Shown in pieces: positions 19,637-30,113 of a stretch of 64,000 nt of DNA. Where the stretch lies: NCBI GenBank assembly GCA_963668695.2, contig CAXXLQ010000004.1, positions 3,328,001 through 3,392,000 on the forward strand. Direction: 5' to 3'. Source of the DNA: Vicinamibacteria bacterium. Its GTDB lineage: Bacteria; Acidobacteriota; Vicinamibacteria; Marinacidobacterales; Marinacidobacteraceae. Under the pieces are notes generated by a model. It saw only the letters and a program-made list of their open reading frames with translations, searched no databases and had not been told where the DNA came from. A program made the translations under genes and the position numbers. Each line of letters begins with the position of its first letter. Positions within the stretch are counted from its first letter, which is position 1.

Positions 19637-21859
19637 ATGACCCGCAACTACCGACACCGACCCAGCAAGATCATCCCGCGTGAGCTGTCGCAGGTCGCTT
19701 TCAACGGCCGGGTCCTTCAGGAGGCGCGGGACGAGACCGTCCCGTTGCTCGAGCGGCTTCGTTTCCTGGGTATCTTCTCGAGCAATCAGGACGAGTACTA
19801 CCGGGTGCGGGTAGCCGCGCTGCAACGCATCCAGAAAATCGGCTCGAATCGAAAAGGGTCTCTCGACTGGGACCCTTCCGTCCTGCTGGCCGACATCCAG
19901 CGCCAGATCCTCCGCGACCAGTCCATATTTCTCAAGACCTACGATGCGCTGGTTCGCGAACTGGAGGGGCGCGGCATTCGCATCATTACCGAAGCCGACC
20001 TGAACCCCGAACAGGGCGAGTATGTCCAGGATTACTTCGTCCGCGAGGTCCGCCCGCACCTGACCCCGATCATGCTGGGACGAAGCGGGGAGATTTTCAA
20101 TCTCGACGAACGGGACATCTACCTGGGCGTCCGGGTGCTGCGCGCGGGCCGGCGACGGCCCATGTACGCCATCGTGGACATCCCCACCCGGGCCGCGGGG
20201 CGTTTCGTTCGGGTGCCTTCGGCGCCGGGCCGGACCGATGTCATCCTCCTCGAAGACGTGATCCGGTATCGCCTTCCGCAGATCTTCTCGATCTTCCAGG
20301 TAGAGGCGGCGGAGGGCTACGTCGTCAAGATCACCCGCGATTCAGGCCTCGATCTCGGAGGCAGCCCGAAGGACAGCTACCTGCGCCGGGTGGAGAAAAG
20401 CGTGAAGCGGCGACTCACCGCCTCGCTCGTGCGTTTCGTCTTCGACGAGACCATGCCGAGCGACCTGCTGGAGGCGCTTTGCCGGAGCCTCGAGATCGAA
20501 GACCGGAGCGTGCTCGTCCCGGGTGGGCGGCACCACAACTTCAAGGACTTCATCCGCTTTCCCCGGTTGAAGAGCGGGCTTGTCTACGAACCCTGGCCTA
20601 CCCTCGGACTCCCCGCCATCGATCGCGAACGCTCCATCATGCGGGGCATGCGGCACCGCGACATCCTGATCCACACCCCCTATCAGCGCTTCTCCTATCT
20701 GATCGACCTGCTCCGGGAGGCGGCGATCAACCCCAAGGTCACGCGCATCGCGGTCACCATGTACCGGGTCGCCAACAACTCCGGAGTGGTGAACGCCCTC
20801 GTCAACGCCGCGCGCAACGGGAAGAAGGTCACGGCCGTGGTGGAACTTACGGCGCGCTTCGACGAGACCTCGAACATCGAGTTCACGGACGTGCTCGCTC
20901 GGGAAGGCGTCCGAGTGGTCTTCGGCCCCGAGGGCCTCAAGATCCACGCCAAGATGGGACTGATCGAACGCCGGGAGCGCGGCAAACCGGCCCTCTACGG
21001 ATTCATCGGCACCGGAAACCTGAACGAGGACACCGCGACCCTCTACGCCGACCACTTCCTCCTGACCACGCACGAGGGGATCTGCCGGGATCTGGGCCGG
21101 CTCTTCCGGGTCATTCGCCGGCCTTACGAGGCCCGCGAAATGGATCATCTGCTCGTTTCTCCCTGGACTCTGCGGACAACGGTGGACCATCTCATCCACG
21201 CGGAGATCGAACGCGCACGCAGAGGAGAGCCGGCGTCCATCGAAGCGAAGCTGAACCACCTGACCCACCCGGAGGTCATTGCCCTGCTGGAGGATGCCGC
21301 CGAGGCTGGCGTCAAGATCCGGCTGATCGTGCGGGGAACCTTCTCGGTCCCCACCGAGAACATCCCGGCAACGGCAGATTTCAAGGCGATCTCCATTCTG
21401 GGCCGCTACCTGGAGCACTCGCGCATCCTCGTCTTTGGAAACGGTGGCGATCCGCTCTACTACTGCACCTCCGCCGACTGGATGCCGCGCAACTTCGATC
21501 GACGAATCGAGGCCGCTTTCCCGATCTATGACTCGCGTATCAAGGCCCAGTTACGCCGCTACCTCGATCTGCAGTGGGCTGACAACTGCAAGGCCAGAAA
21601 CCACGACTCGGCGGGCCGGAACAAGCGGGTTCCGTCGGGAACGCCGAGGCGGGCCGCTCAGGAGTCCATCTATCGGTGGCTGGCGGATCAGCCCGGCGGC
21701 GAAACCGCGCAACTCCCGCGCGAAGCGGCCAGCGAACCCTCTTCTTTCTCGACGGAGGAACGCCCCACCCGGGAGCGCGAAGCCGCTCAGGCGGAGGCGC
21801 CGGGGGCGCTGCTGACCAGCAGTGCGGCCAGCGCTTCGCCGGCGTCGAGCCGAGCGTAG
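19637..21859 (+). CDS. ppk1: Polyphosphate kinase 1
   Basis: FNGRVLQEA, PLLERLRFLGIFSSN, HTPY, ELTARFDE, KIHAK, GTGN, RYLEHSR, SADWMPRNFDRRIE. Confidence 0.95.
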   Translation: MTRNYRHRPSKIIPRELSQVAFNGRVLQEARDETVPLLERLRFLGIFSSNQDEYYRVRVAALQRIQKIGSNRKGSLDWDPSVLLADIQRQILRDQSIFLKTYDALVRELEGRGIRIITEADLNPEQGEYVQDYFVREVRPHLTPIMLGRSGEIFNLDERDIYLGVRVLRAGRRRPMYAIVDIPTRAAGRFVRVPSAPGRTDVILLEDVIRYRLPQIFSIFQVEAAEGYVVKITRDSGLDLGGSPKDSYLRRVEKSVKRRLTASLVRFVFDETMPSDLLEALCRSLEIEDRSVLVPGGRHHNFKDFIRFPRLKSGLVYEPWPTLGLPAIDRERSIMRGMRHRDILIHTPYQRFSYLIDLLREAAINPKVTRIAVTMYRVANNSGVVNALVNAARNGKKVTAVVELTARFDETSNIEFTDVLAREGVRVVFGPEGLKIHAKMGLIERRERGKPALYGFIGTGNLNEDTATLYADHFLLTTHEGICRDLGRLFRVIRRPYEAREMDHLLVSPWTLRTTVDHLIHAEIERARRGEPASIEAKLNHLTHPEVIALLEDAAEAGVKIRLIVRGTFSVPTENIPATADFKAISILGRYLEHSRILVFGNGGDPLYYCTSADWMPRNFDRRIEAAFPIYDSRIKAQLRRYLDLQWADNCKARNHDSAGRNKRVPSGTPRRAAQESIYRWLADQPGGETAQLPREAASEPSSFSTEERPTREREAAQAEAPGALLTSSAASASPASSRA

Positions 21860-22833
21860 GCCTTTCCCGCTTCCGCCAGCGGGATCCGGTGGGTCACCAG
21901 CGTCTCGAGAGCGACGCTTTCGAGCAACGTCCAGGTGAGCTGGCGCCGGCGCGCGACGGTCCAGGACGGCCCCAGCGCGGGCAGGTGACTCACCTGGCTC
22001 GACACCACCCGGATTCGTCCGCGGTGGAACCAACCGCCGAGATCGAGCGCCGTCGGAGCGCCGGCCAACCACGAACCCGCGATCACCCGTCCCTCCCGGG
22101 CCGCGAGCCGGATCGCCAGATCCAAGGCCGACCGGCTCCCCGACACTTCCAGGATGAGCTCGGCTCCCCCCTGAAACGTGCCACGCACCCTCTCTTCAGC
22201 CTCTTCCGGCGCGACCGCATCGTGTGCCCCGAACTCGAGCGACAGGCGCTGCCGTTCCGGCCTGGGTTCGACAGCAATCAGCCCTCCGAGCGGATAGCGG
22301 GCGAGGAGCGCGGTGAGCGCCAGACCGAGCATCCCCTGACCCACCACAACCACCCGTTCCCCGATCCGGGGCGCGCCGTCAAGAAGCACATTCACCGCGG
22401 TCTCAAGATACGGGAAGAGAGCGGCACGGTCGTCGGAGACGGTGTCCGGAACCCGGAGCAGTTCCTCTGCCGGAGCGCAAAAGGCGCTCTGGTGGGGCAC
22501 GAAAGCGAAGACGCGGGCCCCGATCCCCGGCGCGCCTTCCGGCGGTTCGGCTCCCAGGGCTTCCACCCGACCCACCGAGGCGTAGCCATAGGGAAACGGA
22601 AAGGTGAACGATCCCTCGCGGTGCGCGCCCAGAGTTTCGTCCCGCGCCAGGCGGGGATCGAGCTGTCCGCGGTAAGCAGCCAATTCGGACCCGGTGCTGA
22701 TCGCCGAGACGCGGGTCCGTACCAGCGCCTCGCCGGCCGCGGGCCCGGAAACCGCTTCCCTCCGCACGTTCACCCGACGTGGCCCTTCGAACCACACGGA
22801 TAGCCGTTCTCCGGCAGCTTTCGACCCGGTCAC
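21787..22833 (-). CDS. Zn-binding alcohol dehydrogenase-like (MDR) protein
   Basis: SAISTGSE, FPFPYGY, ETAVN, VVGQGMLG, FHRGRIRVVSSQV; start approximate. Confidence 0.8.
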   Translation of the reverse strand: MTGSKAAGERLSVWFEGPRRVNVRREAVSGPAAGEALVRTRVSAISTGSELAAYRGQLDPRLARDETLGAHREGSFTFPFPYGYASVGRVEALGAEPPEGAPGIGARVFAFVPHQSAFCAPAEELLRVPDTVSDDRAALFPYLETAVNVLLDGAPRIGERVVVVGQGMLGLALTALLARYPLGGLIAVEPRPERQRLSLEFGAHDAVAPEEAEERVRGTFQGGAELILEVSGSRSALDLAIRLAAREGRVIAGSWLAGAPTALDLGGWFHRGRIRVVSSQVSHLPALGPSWTVARRRQLTWTLLESVALETLVTHRIPLAEAGKAYARLDAGEALAALLVSSAPGASA

Positions 22834-22837
22834 GGAG

Positions 22838-23575
22838 TTAACGATCGGTGGGACGGGAGCGTCCGGAAGCGCCGAACCGTGGACGTCCGGCGAACACCAG
22901 GTCGTCATCGAGACGCGCCCACGCGAGGCCCGAGAGATCCGCCGGCACCGGAACCCGGGCGAGGGCCGGCTCGCCGCCGACGAGCCGCGGTGCGACGGTA
23001 ATCACGACCCAGTCTGCAAGTCGCTCCGCGAACATCGAAGTCAGTACGCGGCCTCCGCCCTCCACCAGCAACCGCCGGACACCGCGCCGGTGCAGGGCGC
23101 GCATCACGGAACGAAGCGGTACCCGTCCTCCCGACTGCCGAAACCTGAGCACGGTCACGCCGTGCTCACGGAGCCGGGCGGCCTGCTCCGGCGGCGCCTC
23201 AAAGCTCGTCGCAACGAGCGGTGGGGGGGCCGTCCCGGATGTCCGGCGCTCCCGGAGCAGCCGGGCAGTGAGCGGGAGGCGAAGCCGGCCATCGAGGATC
23301 ACCGGTATGGGGTTCTCCCCCGCTGCGAGCCTTACATTGAGCCGCGGATCATCAGCCAGAACCGTGCCGATGCCCACGAGAATCGCGTCATGCCCGGCGC
23401 GCAACCGGTGCGTGAGTTCGAGCGACCGCGACCCGCTCAATCTGAGTGGCTCACCCGGCCGCGCGGCGATGGAACCGTCGAGGCTCTGGGCGTAGCTGAC
23501 CGTAACCCGGGGCCGGCGCCGCACCGACGCCGCGTCGGACGAGGTCAACTGGGCAACCAGACCTTCGAGGCCCAC
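22838..23575 (-). CDS. RibD C-terminal-domain (pyrimidine reductase-like) protein
   Basis: YAQSLDGSIA, HRLRAGHDAILVGIGTVLADDPRL, LLVEGG; start uncertain next to a MITE. Confidence 0.85.
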   Translation of the reverse strand: MGLEGLVAQLTSSDAASVRRRPRVTVSYAQSLDGSIAARPGEPLRLSGSRSLELTHRLRAGHDAILVGIGTVLADDPRLNVRLAAGENPIPVILDGRLRLPLTARLLRERRTSGTAPPPLVATSFEAPPEQAARLREHGVTVLRFRQSGGRVPLRSVMRALHRRGVRRLLVEGGGRVLTSMFAERLADWVVITVAPRLVGGEPALARVPVPADLSGLAWARLDDDLVFAGRPRFGASGRSRPTDR

Positions 23576-23602
23576 CGCGAGCGGTCCCGCGTAGCCGGCG
23601 TA

Positions 23603-23855
23603 ACAGTCTGTAGTGGAACCCGCGTGAGCGCCGAGGCCGGGGAGGCCCAGTTCTCCCGGTGGGGCCAGTCCTCCCGGTGGGGGCCCGGCTGACAAGGCGC
23701 GTGAGGGAGGAGCCCCCACCGGGAGAACTGGCCCGGGCGTATTTCGACCGAAGCGCAACGATGAGCGGCGCGAAGCGACGCGGTTCAGCCGGGATGGATC
23801 GCCGGCTGAGCCCCCACCGGGAGAACTGGGCCGCGTGGGTTTCACCACAGACTGT
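23603..23855 (-). mobile_element. MITE family A single copy with four tags
   Basis: TIRs acagtctg / cagactgt carry the same base change on both ends. Confidence 0.85.
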
Positions 23856-23861
23856 TCAACG

Positions 23862-26210
23862 TCACGAAGCGCCGCGGGCCGCCGTGACCTCCGCCGGTCC
23901 TGCGGGGGCGCTCCGAAATCCCACGTCATCCAGCAGGACGCTGCCGGCGACCTCCGCGTCAAACCGGAACCGCACCCCAATCACCGGGGGAGGCGGCGGG
24001 GCAACGGACGCGGCGCCCGGCGTGCCGTCCGGCGTGCCGTCCGGAGCAGGCGGTGGCTCCGGCGCCGCCGGCAACAGGTCGGCGCCCTTGATGGCTACCG
24101 TCTGAGGAATCTCTTCGACGATGCGGCGATAGCGCTCGCGATTCATCCGGCGGGACTTCAGGAACTGCACCTCGAACGGAGGCTCCGGAGAGAGGGCGTC
24201 CACGATTCCGATGGCCGGCCCCTCCACCCCTTCCGGAAAGAGCAGTTGCACCGTCATCGCGATCGGCGGAGCGGCGGGCGGAGGATCCGATGCCTCCTCG
24301 GGGGGAGCAGGATTCCAGACCACGGACAACACGAAATCGTCCTCTCCGGTTACCGCGATTGGTTCGGCAAGGCGGATCTCATAGGCGACCTCCTCGCCGC
24401 CATCCTCGCCCGCGGAGATCTCGAGCCGCACAGCCGACGTGGCCTGTTTGGATCCATCCCGGAACAGGACTTCCTCCTCACTCCAACCGGAAAACCCGCG
24501 GGCCTCGATCGTCGCGCCCTCGGCGGTGGCGGTTCCCAGATGGAGATCCTCCTCAAAGCCGGCGACGATGCGGGTGCGGGAGTCCGCATACTGGCTCTGG
24601 TAGCGGGTCTCGGGAAGAAACGCGGCGCCGGCGCGGTAGTCCCGCAACAACCGGACGAACCGCTCCTCTCCGAGCAGCGTGGCACGCAGGAACGCGGAGA
24701 CATACACCTCGGCGACCCGCTGCTGATCGGCCGGGGCAAGGAGCGGTGCGCTGTTCAGCCAGAACATTCCCCAAAGGCCCGAGTCCATACCCCACGTGGT
24801 GTTGAACTGCCCGTGGTTGCCGCGGTGCGCCACCAGCCCCGCCTTGAGGCGGAACCCGAGGGGCCCCCCGGGACGCTCGGCGGCTCCGTCCAGTCTCGTC
24901 CGGTGGAATTGGCGGAGTCCGTGAAAGCTCGGCTCATCGGTGTCATATGAACCCTGGAGCGCCAGGAAGTTGATGTCCTCAAGCACGATCCGCCGCGAAT
25001 AGCGGTGGTCGATCTGCGCAATCGCGACCACGGACTGGATCCCGAATCCATAGTCGAACAGGTAGTCCGCGTTATCCGGGAAGTACGGGAGATCGTTGAA
25101 CGCTGCCGCGATGGCGGCGGCTTCGCCGCCCCGCGAATGCCCGAGCAACGCGACCCGATCCAGATCGAGGCGGTTGTAGAGGGGGGAGCGCGGGTCCCGG
25201 TTCCAGGTTCGGAAGAGCCTGAGGTGCTCCAGCAGCAGTATCCCGCGGGCCGGCATCTCGCGTCCGCCGAAATCACCGGACCAGGTTCCGTTCAGGAAAT
25301 TTGCGTCGACGGAAACCGCCGCGATGCCATGGCTCGCCAGCAGGCTTCCCAAATAGTCGTAGCCGGCGTCGGAAAAGTCGTCCATCCGGTGATTTCCGTG
25401 AACGATCAGCGCCACCGGGCGCCGATCTCCGGGCTCCGTATCGGGCAAGTGGAGGCGTCCGTTCCGGGGAGCATCCTCCAGGCCGAAGCCCCACCACCAC
25501 TCGCGGTGGACCGCGCGAAACCCGCGCCATTCGGGCAGAACTTGACTGAGGTCCACGGAAGGCGCCCGGATGTTCACGTCGTCGCCGTATTCGGGTCTTC
25601 GCGAGTCGCGTCCGCTGCCGTACGTCAGGAGGCGGACCGGGTAGCGACCGCGAGCCGCGGGATCTTCCGCCAGCAGTGCGGGCGGATCCGGCTGGGGCTG
25701 CGGTCGCCGCACATAGGGATCCTGCCCGGGCGCGAAGAACCACGTCCCCCCCGCGACAATGACTGCGATCCCCGCTCCGGCAAGAACCAGACCGCCCCAC
25801 CGATACGCCGGCCGGTGCGGGCGGAACACCATCGCGAGACCGCACCCAACGAGAAACGGTCCGCCGAAGACGACCACCAGAAGTCCCGCCAGAAGCGCAT
25901 CCGGCCAACGGAACATCGTGCTCCGGAGCAACCACAGGCTCGCTCCCGCCGCCAGGAGCAGCAAGAAGGCATCGGTGGAAAGCCACCATACGAAACGCTC
26001 GGCGATCCGGCTCAGCGCGACGAAGACCACCAAAGACACCACCCCCGCCACGAGTCCGGCGAGCGCCGCCAGCAGCCAGCCGGGAATGGCCCCGAACGAA
26101 ACCGCCGCCAGAGCGTGGAGGACGACCACGCCGAGGGCGCTCGAGGCCGCGCCGGCCAACAGATAGCGCCGGACTATCGGGGAGTGGTCTCGGCTCCGCA
26201 TGCTGCTCAA
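23862..26210 (-). CDS. Membrane-anchored alpha/beta hydrolase
   Basis: N-terminal TM helices, IVHGNH, GYDYLGSLLASHG, nucleophile elbow GHSRGG, NHGQFN. Confidence 0.8.
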   Translation of the reverse strand: MSSMRSRDHSPIVRRYLLAGAASSALGVVVLHALAAVSFGAIPGWLLAALAGLVAGVVSLVVFVALSRIAERFVWWLSTDAFLLLLAAGASLWLLRSTMFRWPDALLAGLLVVVFGGPFLVGCGLAMVFRPHRPAYRWGGLVLAGAGIAVIVAGGTWFFAPGQDPYVRRPQPQPDPPALLAEDPAARGRYPVRLLTYGSGRDSRRPEYGDDVNIRAPSVDLSQVLPEWRGFRAVHREWWWGFGLEDAPRNGRLHLPDTEPGDRRPVALIVHGNHRMDDFSDAGYDYLGSLLASHGIAAVSVDANFLNGTWSGDFGGREMPARGILLLEHLRLFRTWNRDPRSPLYNRLDLDRVALLGHSRGGEAAAIAAAFNDLPYFPDNADYLFDYGFGIQSVVAIAQIDHRYSRRIVLEDINFLALQGSYDTDEPSFHGLRQFHRTRLDGAAERPGGPLGFRLKAGLVAHRGNHGQFNTTWGMDSGLWGMFWLNSAPLLAPADQQRVAEVYVSAFLRATLLGEERFVRLLRDYRAGAAFLPETRYQSQYADSRTRIVAGFEEDLHLGTATAEGATIEARGFSGWSEEEVLFRDGSKQATSAVRLEISAGEDGGEEVAYEIRLAEPIAVTGEDDFVLSVVWNPAPPEEASDPPPAAPPIAMTVQLLFPEGVEGPAIGIVDALSPEPPFEVQFLKSRRMNRERYRRIVEEIPQTVAIKGADLLPAAPEPPPAPDGTPDGTPGAASVAPPPPPVIGVRFRFDAEVAGSVLLDDVGFRSAPAGPAEVTAARGAS

Positions 26211-26239
26211 GAGGCTCCTTCGGGCGCCTTGGGTGTCCA

Positions 26240-26456
26240 GCAGCCTGTGGACAAAGTCACGCGGCCCAGTTCTCCCGGTGGGGGCTCGACCGGCGATGCA
26301 TCCCGGCTGAACCGCGCCACTTCGTGGCGCTCTGCGTTGCGCTTCGGTCGAAATACGCTCGGGCCAGTTCTCCCGGTGGGGGCTCCTCCCCCGCGCGCCT
26401 TGTCAGCCACGCGCCTCGCCGCTCTCGGCGCTCACGCCACTTTATCCACAGGCTGC
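26240..26456 (+). mobile_element. MITE family A single copy
   Basis: TIRs gcagcctgtggacaaagt / actttatccacaggctgc. Confidence 0.85.
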
Positions 26457-26839
26457 TAGTCGTCTCCCCCGCGCAGGTAAGCGTCGGTTCCGTCCAGCCA
26501 GTCCTGTCTGGGCGGGGTGAATATGTCGACGTCGAGGGTGTCTTCAAGCGCGATCGCCTTGTGGGGCACCCAGGAGGGAAGCACCAGAACCTCCCCCGCT
26601 CCCACGTCGATCGGTTCCGAATCCTCGTCCTCGATCCAGAAGCGGAGCACCCCGCTGATCACGTAGGTGATCTGTTCATTCTCGTGCGAGTGCATCGGTA
26701 CCACCGCACCCTTGTCCAGATAGACGTGGGTGAGCATGGCGCGTTCCCCGGTGATGATCCGGCGGGTAAGCCGGTCGTTCAGGCGCTCCTTGTCCATGGA
26801 TTCCCAACGGATGTGACGAACTTGATCTCTGGCTGTCAC
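26456..26839 (-). CDS. Cupin-domain protein
   Basis: VPMHSHENEQ, PSWVPH, DIFTPPRQDW. Confidence 0.9.
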   Translation of the reverse strand: MTARDQVRHIRWESMDKERLNDRLTRRIITGERAMLTHVYLDKGAVVPMHSHENEQITYVISGVLRFWIEDEDSEPIDVGAGEVLVLPSWVPHKAIALEDTLDVDIFTPPRQDWLDGTDAYLRGGDD

Positions 26840-26944
26840 GCGGCGTCCCCTTCCCGCCCCACCTTGGACGGACTCCGATGATACCCGGGCCGAAGCACCG
26901 AAGACTGCTAACAGTCGGTGCCGAAACTCTGGCGCGATCCATTC

Positions 26945-27853
26945 GCGGCGCCGAGCGCCGCGGGGGAGGGGCGTGGGGAGGGATTCCCCTCCCCACGAAA
27001 GACGATGGCGCGGATCGCGAAGCGATGCGCGCCATCACCCCGTGGGGTTAACAGCCTGTGGTGAAACCCACGCGGCGTTCGAGCGGCGATCCATCCCGCC
27101 CAAACAACCGGTAGTGAAACCCACGCGGCGTTCGGCCGGCGATCCATCCCGGCTGAACCGCGTCGCTACGCGCCGCTCATCGTTGCGTTTCGGTCGGAAT
27201 ACACCCGGGCCAGTTCTCCCGGTGGGGGCTCCTCCCTCACGCGCCTTGTCAGCCGGGCGCCTCGCCCCCACCGGGAGAACTGGCCAGCCTCGGCGCTCAC
27301 CCGGGTTCCACCAAAGGCTGTTAGCGCCCCGCATCCGAAGAATGCAGGGAGCAGGTGTGCTTTTTCGCCGGGTGGCGCGATGCCGGGTGCTTGCCCCTCG
27401 GGGAGATTCCCTCCCGGCGCGGACTCAATGCAGAGATCCGGCGGCGCGGAGCGCCGCCGGGGAGGGGTGTGGGGAGGGGTTTCCCCTCCCCACGTAAGAC
27501 GATGGCGCGGATCGCGAAGCGATGCGCGCCATCACCCCGTGGGCTGTTAGCGCCCCGCATCCGAAGAATGCAGGGAGCAGGTGTGCTTTTTCGCCGGGTG
27601 GCGCGATGCCGGGTGCTTGCCCCTCGGGGAGATTCCCTCCCGGCGCGGACTCAATGCAGAGATCTGGCGGCGCGGAGCGCCGCCGGGGAGGGGCGTGGGG
27701 AGGGATTCCCCTCCCCACGGGAAAGGGTGGGGAGAATCGCGAAGCGATTCTCGACGCCGCCCCGAGGGGTTAGCGCCCCGCATGCGAAGAATGCAGGGAG
27801 CAGATGTGCTTTTTCGCCGGGTGGCGCGATGCGGGGTGCTTGCCCCACGGGAG
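26945..27853. repeat. Repeat family C tandem array (~223-226 bp period) with GGGGAGGG..CCCTCCCC hairpin
   Basis: tagcgccccgcat at 27322, 27548 and 27771; further copy at 51248-51362. Confidence 0.85.
27051..27321 (+). mobile_element. MITE family A (2 heads + 1 body) inserted in repeat C
   Basis: TA duplication; matching empty site at about 27766-27779. Confidence 0.88.
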
Positions 27854-27854
27854 G

Positions 27855-28226
27855 TCAGTTCCAGTAACCCACCTGGAGCCCCAGAACGATTCCCGTACCC
27901 CCGACGACCAGCGGGAACAGGGCGAATCCGAGGAGGGTCCGCAATCCGAGGCTCAGGGATCCTGGGACGAACACGGCCGCCCCTTGGACGAGAAACGTTG
28001 CGTAGAGCGCGCCGTAGGCGACGTCCGGCTGCGCGCAGAAGGGGCAATCGGGCGGACCCGCCGTCTGGATGTTGCAAAACGCAGCGCCGCCGTTCCATAG
28101 CGAGACGCAGCCGCAGTCGAAGATCAGGTGGCAGACATTCAGGAAGAACGTCGCGGCGAACGCCACCATTGCCGCGAGCACGAGAAGGCGGCCCATGAGC
28201 CTGCGGGAATCGATTCGTTTGCCCAT
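27855..28226 (-). CDS. Small Cys-rich membrane hypothetical protein
   Basis: 3 TM segments; CHLIFDCGC...CN...CPFC. Confidence 0.6.
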   Translation of the reverse strand: MGKRIDSRRLMGRLLVLAAMVAFAATFFLNVCHLIFDCGCVSLWNGGAAFCNIQTAGPPDCPFCAQPDVAYGALYATFLVQGAAVFVPGSLSLGLRTLLGFALFPLVVGGTGIVLGLQVGYWN

Positions 28227-28380
28227 GCGCCGCCCCCCCTGCGATCTATCGTGCGTGACCGGAGTCTAAAGGGGGAACCGGGTCCCCTGCGGCCCCCGGA
28301 CCCTGGCAGAGGGGAATGGTCCCGGGAATGGTCGCCGCCGCCGTGCCTTCGCGTATCGCTGTTCCCTTCCCGCCCCCCGA

Positions 28381-29238
28381 GCAGCCTGTGAACAAAGTGG
28401 CGCGGCGTTCCGGCGGCGATGCATCCCGGCCAAACAGCCGGTGGTGGAACCCAAGCGGCGTTCGGCCGGCGATCCATCCCGGCTGAACCGCCAGTAATGA
28501 AACCCGCGCGGCGTTCGGCCGGCGATCCATCCCGGCTGAACCGCCAGTAATGAAACCCGCGCGGCCCAGTTCTCCCGGTGGGGGCTCGGCCGGCGATCCA
28601 TCCCGGCTGAACCGCGTCGCTGCGCGCCGCTCATCGTTGCGTTTCGGTCGCAACACACCCGGGCCAGTTCTCCCGGTGGGGGCTCCTCCTTCACGCGCCT
28701 TGTCAGCCGGGCGCCTCGCCCCCACCGGGAGAACTGGCCAGCCTCGGCGCTCACCCGGGGTCCACCACCGGCTGTTCACCGCGTCGCTTCGCGCCGCTCA
28801 TCGTTGCGTTTCGGTCGCAACACACCCGGGCCAGTTCTCCCGGTGGGGGCTCCTCCCTCACGCGCCTTGTCAGCCGGGCGCCTCGCCCCCACCGGGAGAA
28901 CTGGCCGGCCTCGGCGCTCACCCGGGTCCACCACCGGCTGTTCACCGCGTCGCTTCGCGCCGCTCATCGTTGCGCTTCGGTCGCAATACACCCGGGCCAG
29001 TTCTCCCGGTGGGGGCTCCTCCCTCACGCGCCTTGTCAGCCGGACGCCTCGCCCCCACCGGGAGAACCGGCCGGCCTCGGCGCTCACCCGGGTTCCACCA
29101 CCGGCCGTTCACCGCGCCGTTTCACGTCGCTCATCGTTGCGCTTCGGTCGAAATACACTTGGTACGCCTCCCTCGCGCGCCTTGTCAGCCGGGCGCCTCA
29201 CCGCTGTCGGCGCTCACACCACCTTGTCCGCAGGCTAC
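28381..29238 (+). mobile_element. MITE family A compound array (4 heads + 4 bodies)
   Basis: Four ~52-bp heads (the last carries a tag), then four bodies of ~167-bp period; outer TIRs. Confidence 0.85.
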
Positions 29239-29253
29239 TAGAATGCCTCGAAC

Positions 29254-30108
29254 ATGGATCGGAGTGGGCGACGGGTCGCCGGCCTGTTGCTCCTGCCGGC
29301 CCTTCTCGTCGTGGTTCTGGTGGCCGCGGTGCCCATCGGGTTGCTGTTCCGGGTAGCGCTCTATCCGCCCGGCCCGGTAGCTCCACTGAGCGGCGGTCCG
29401 GTGCTGGATTCCTTCGCCGGATTGCTGAGTGCTCCGTATCCGTCCGTGGCGCTGCGCACGCTGCGCCTGTCAGTGTTGACCACCGTTCTGGTGACGCTCC
29501 TGGGTTTTCCCGTGGCCCTGTTCCTCTCCCGCTCGCGGGGGCTCTCCCGACGGGTTCAGACGCTGCTGATCGTCTCCCCGCTACTCATGTCGGTGGTCGT
29601 CCGGGCTTACGGATGGATGTTGATTCTCGGAAGGCAGGGATTCGTCGGTGAGACGCTCGCCGCGCTGTCACTCCCCCGCGCCGGTCTCCTCCACACGGAG
29701 GCCGCGGTTCTGCTCGCGCTGACCGAATCCTTCCTTCCGTTCATGATTCTGGCGCTGGCGGCGAGCCTCGATCGGATCGATTCGGACCTCCTGGCAGCGG
29801 CGCGGGGACTGGGGGCTTCTTCGGCGCGCACCTTCTTTGCCGTCGTGGTGCCCCTCACGCTACCCGGTTTCCTCGCCGGAGCGAGCTTCGTGATGGTCGG
29901 AAGCCTCTCCGCCTACGCCATACCCTCCTTGCTCGGCGGGTCGGCCGCCCGCACCTTCGTGATGGAGATCTACGAACTGGTCACCATCAACTTCGACTGG
30001 CCCACAGCGGCCGCCGCCTCCATCGCGCTGCTCCTGTTCGCCTCGACGCTTCTCGGCGGAGCGGCGCTCCTGAGTCGCCGTCGCTCGGCGCGCGCCTTCG
30101 GGACCTGA
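29254..30108 (+). CDS. ABC permease (PotB-like)
   Basis: SVVVRAYGW, LPFMIL, AARGLGAS EAA-type loop. Confidence 0.9.
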   Translation: MDRSGRRVAGLLLLPALLVVVLVAAVPIGLLFRVALYPPGPVAPLSGGPVLDSFAGLLSAPYPSVALRTLRLSVLTTVLVTLLGFPVALFLSRSRGLSRRVQTLLIVSPLLMSVVVRAYGWMLILGRQGFVGETLAALSLPRAGLLHTEAAVLLALTESFLPFMILALAASLDRIDSDLLAAARGLGASSARTFFAVVVPLTLPGFLAGASFVMVGSLSAYAIPSLLGGSAARTFVMEIYELVTINFDWPTAAAASIALLLFASTLLGGAALLSRRRSARAFGT

Positions 30109-30113
30109 CCCGA

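Noticed and set aside
23576-23980. Second in-frame MITE insertion in the RibD-like gene
   Set aside because: The frame is open and the insert is 255 bp with the duplication, but no in-frame start lies between the upstream gene and the MITE, so it is probably intergenic
28246-29356. Recurrent ORFs with FSRWG / PTGRTG / GFHHRL peptides
   Set aside because: Translations of MITE and tag DNA; no transposase motifs
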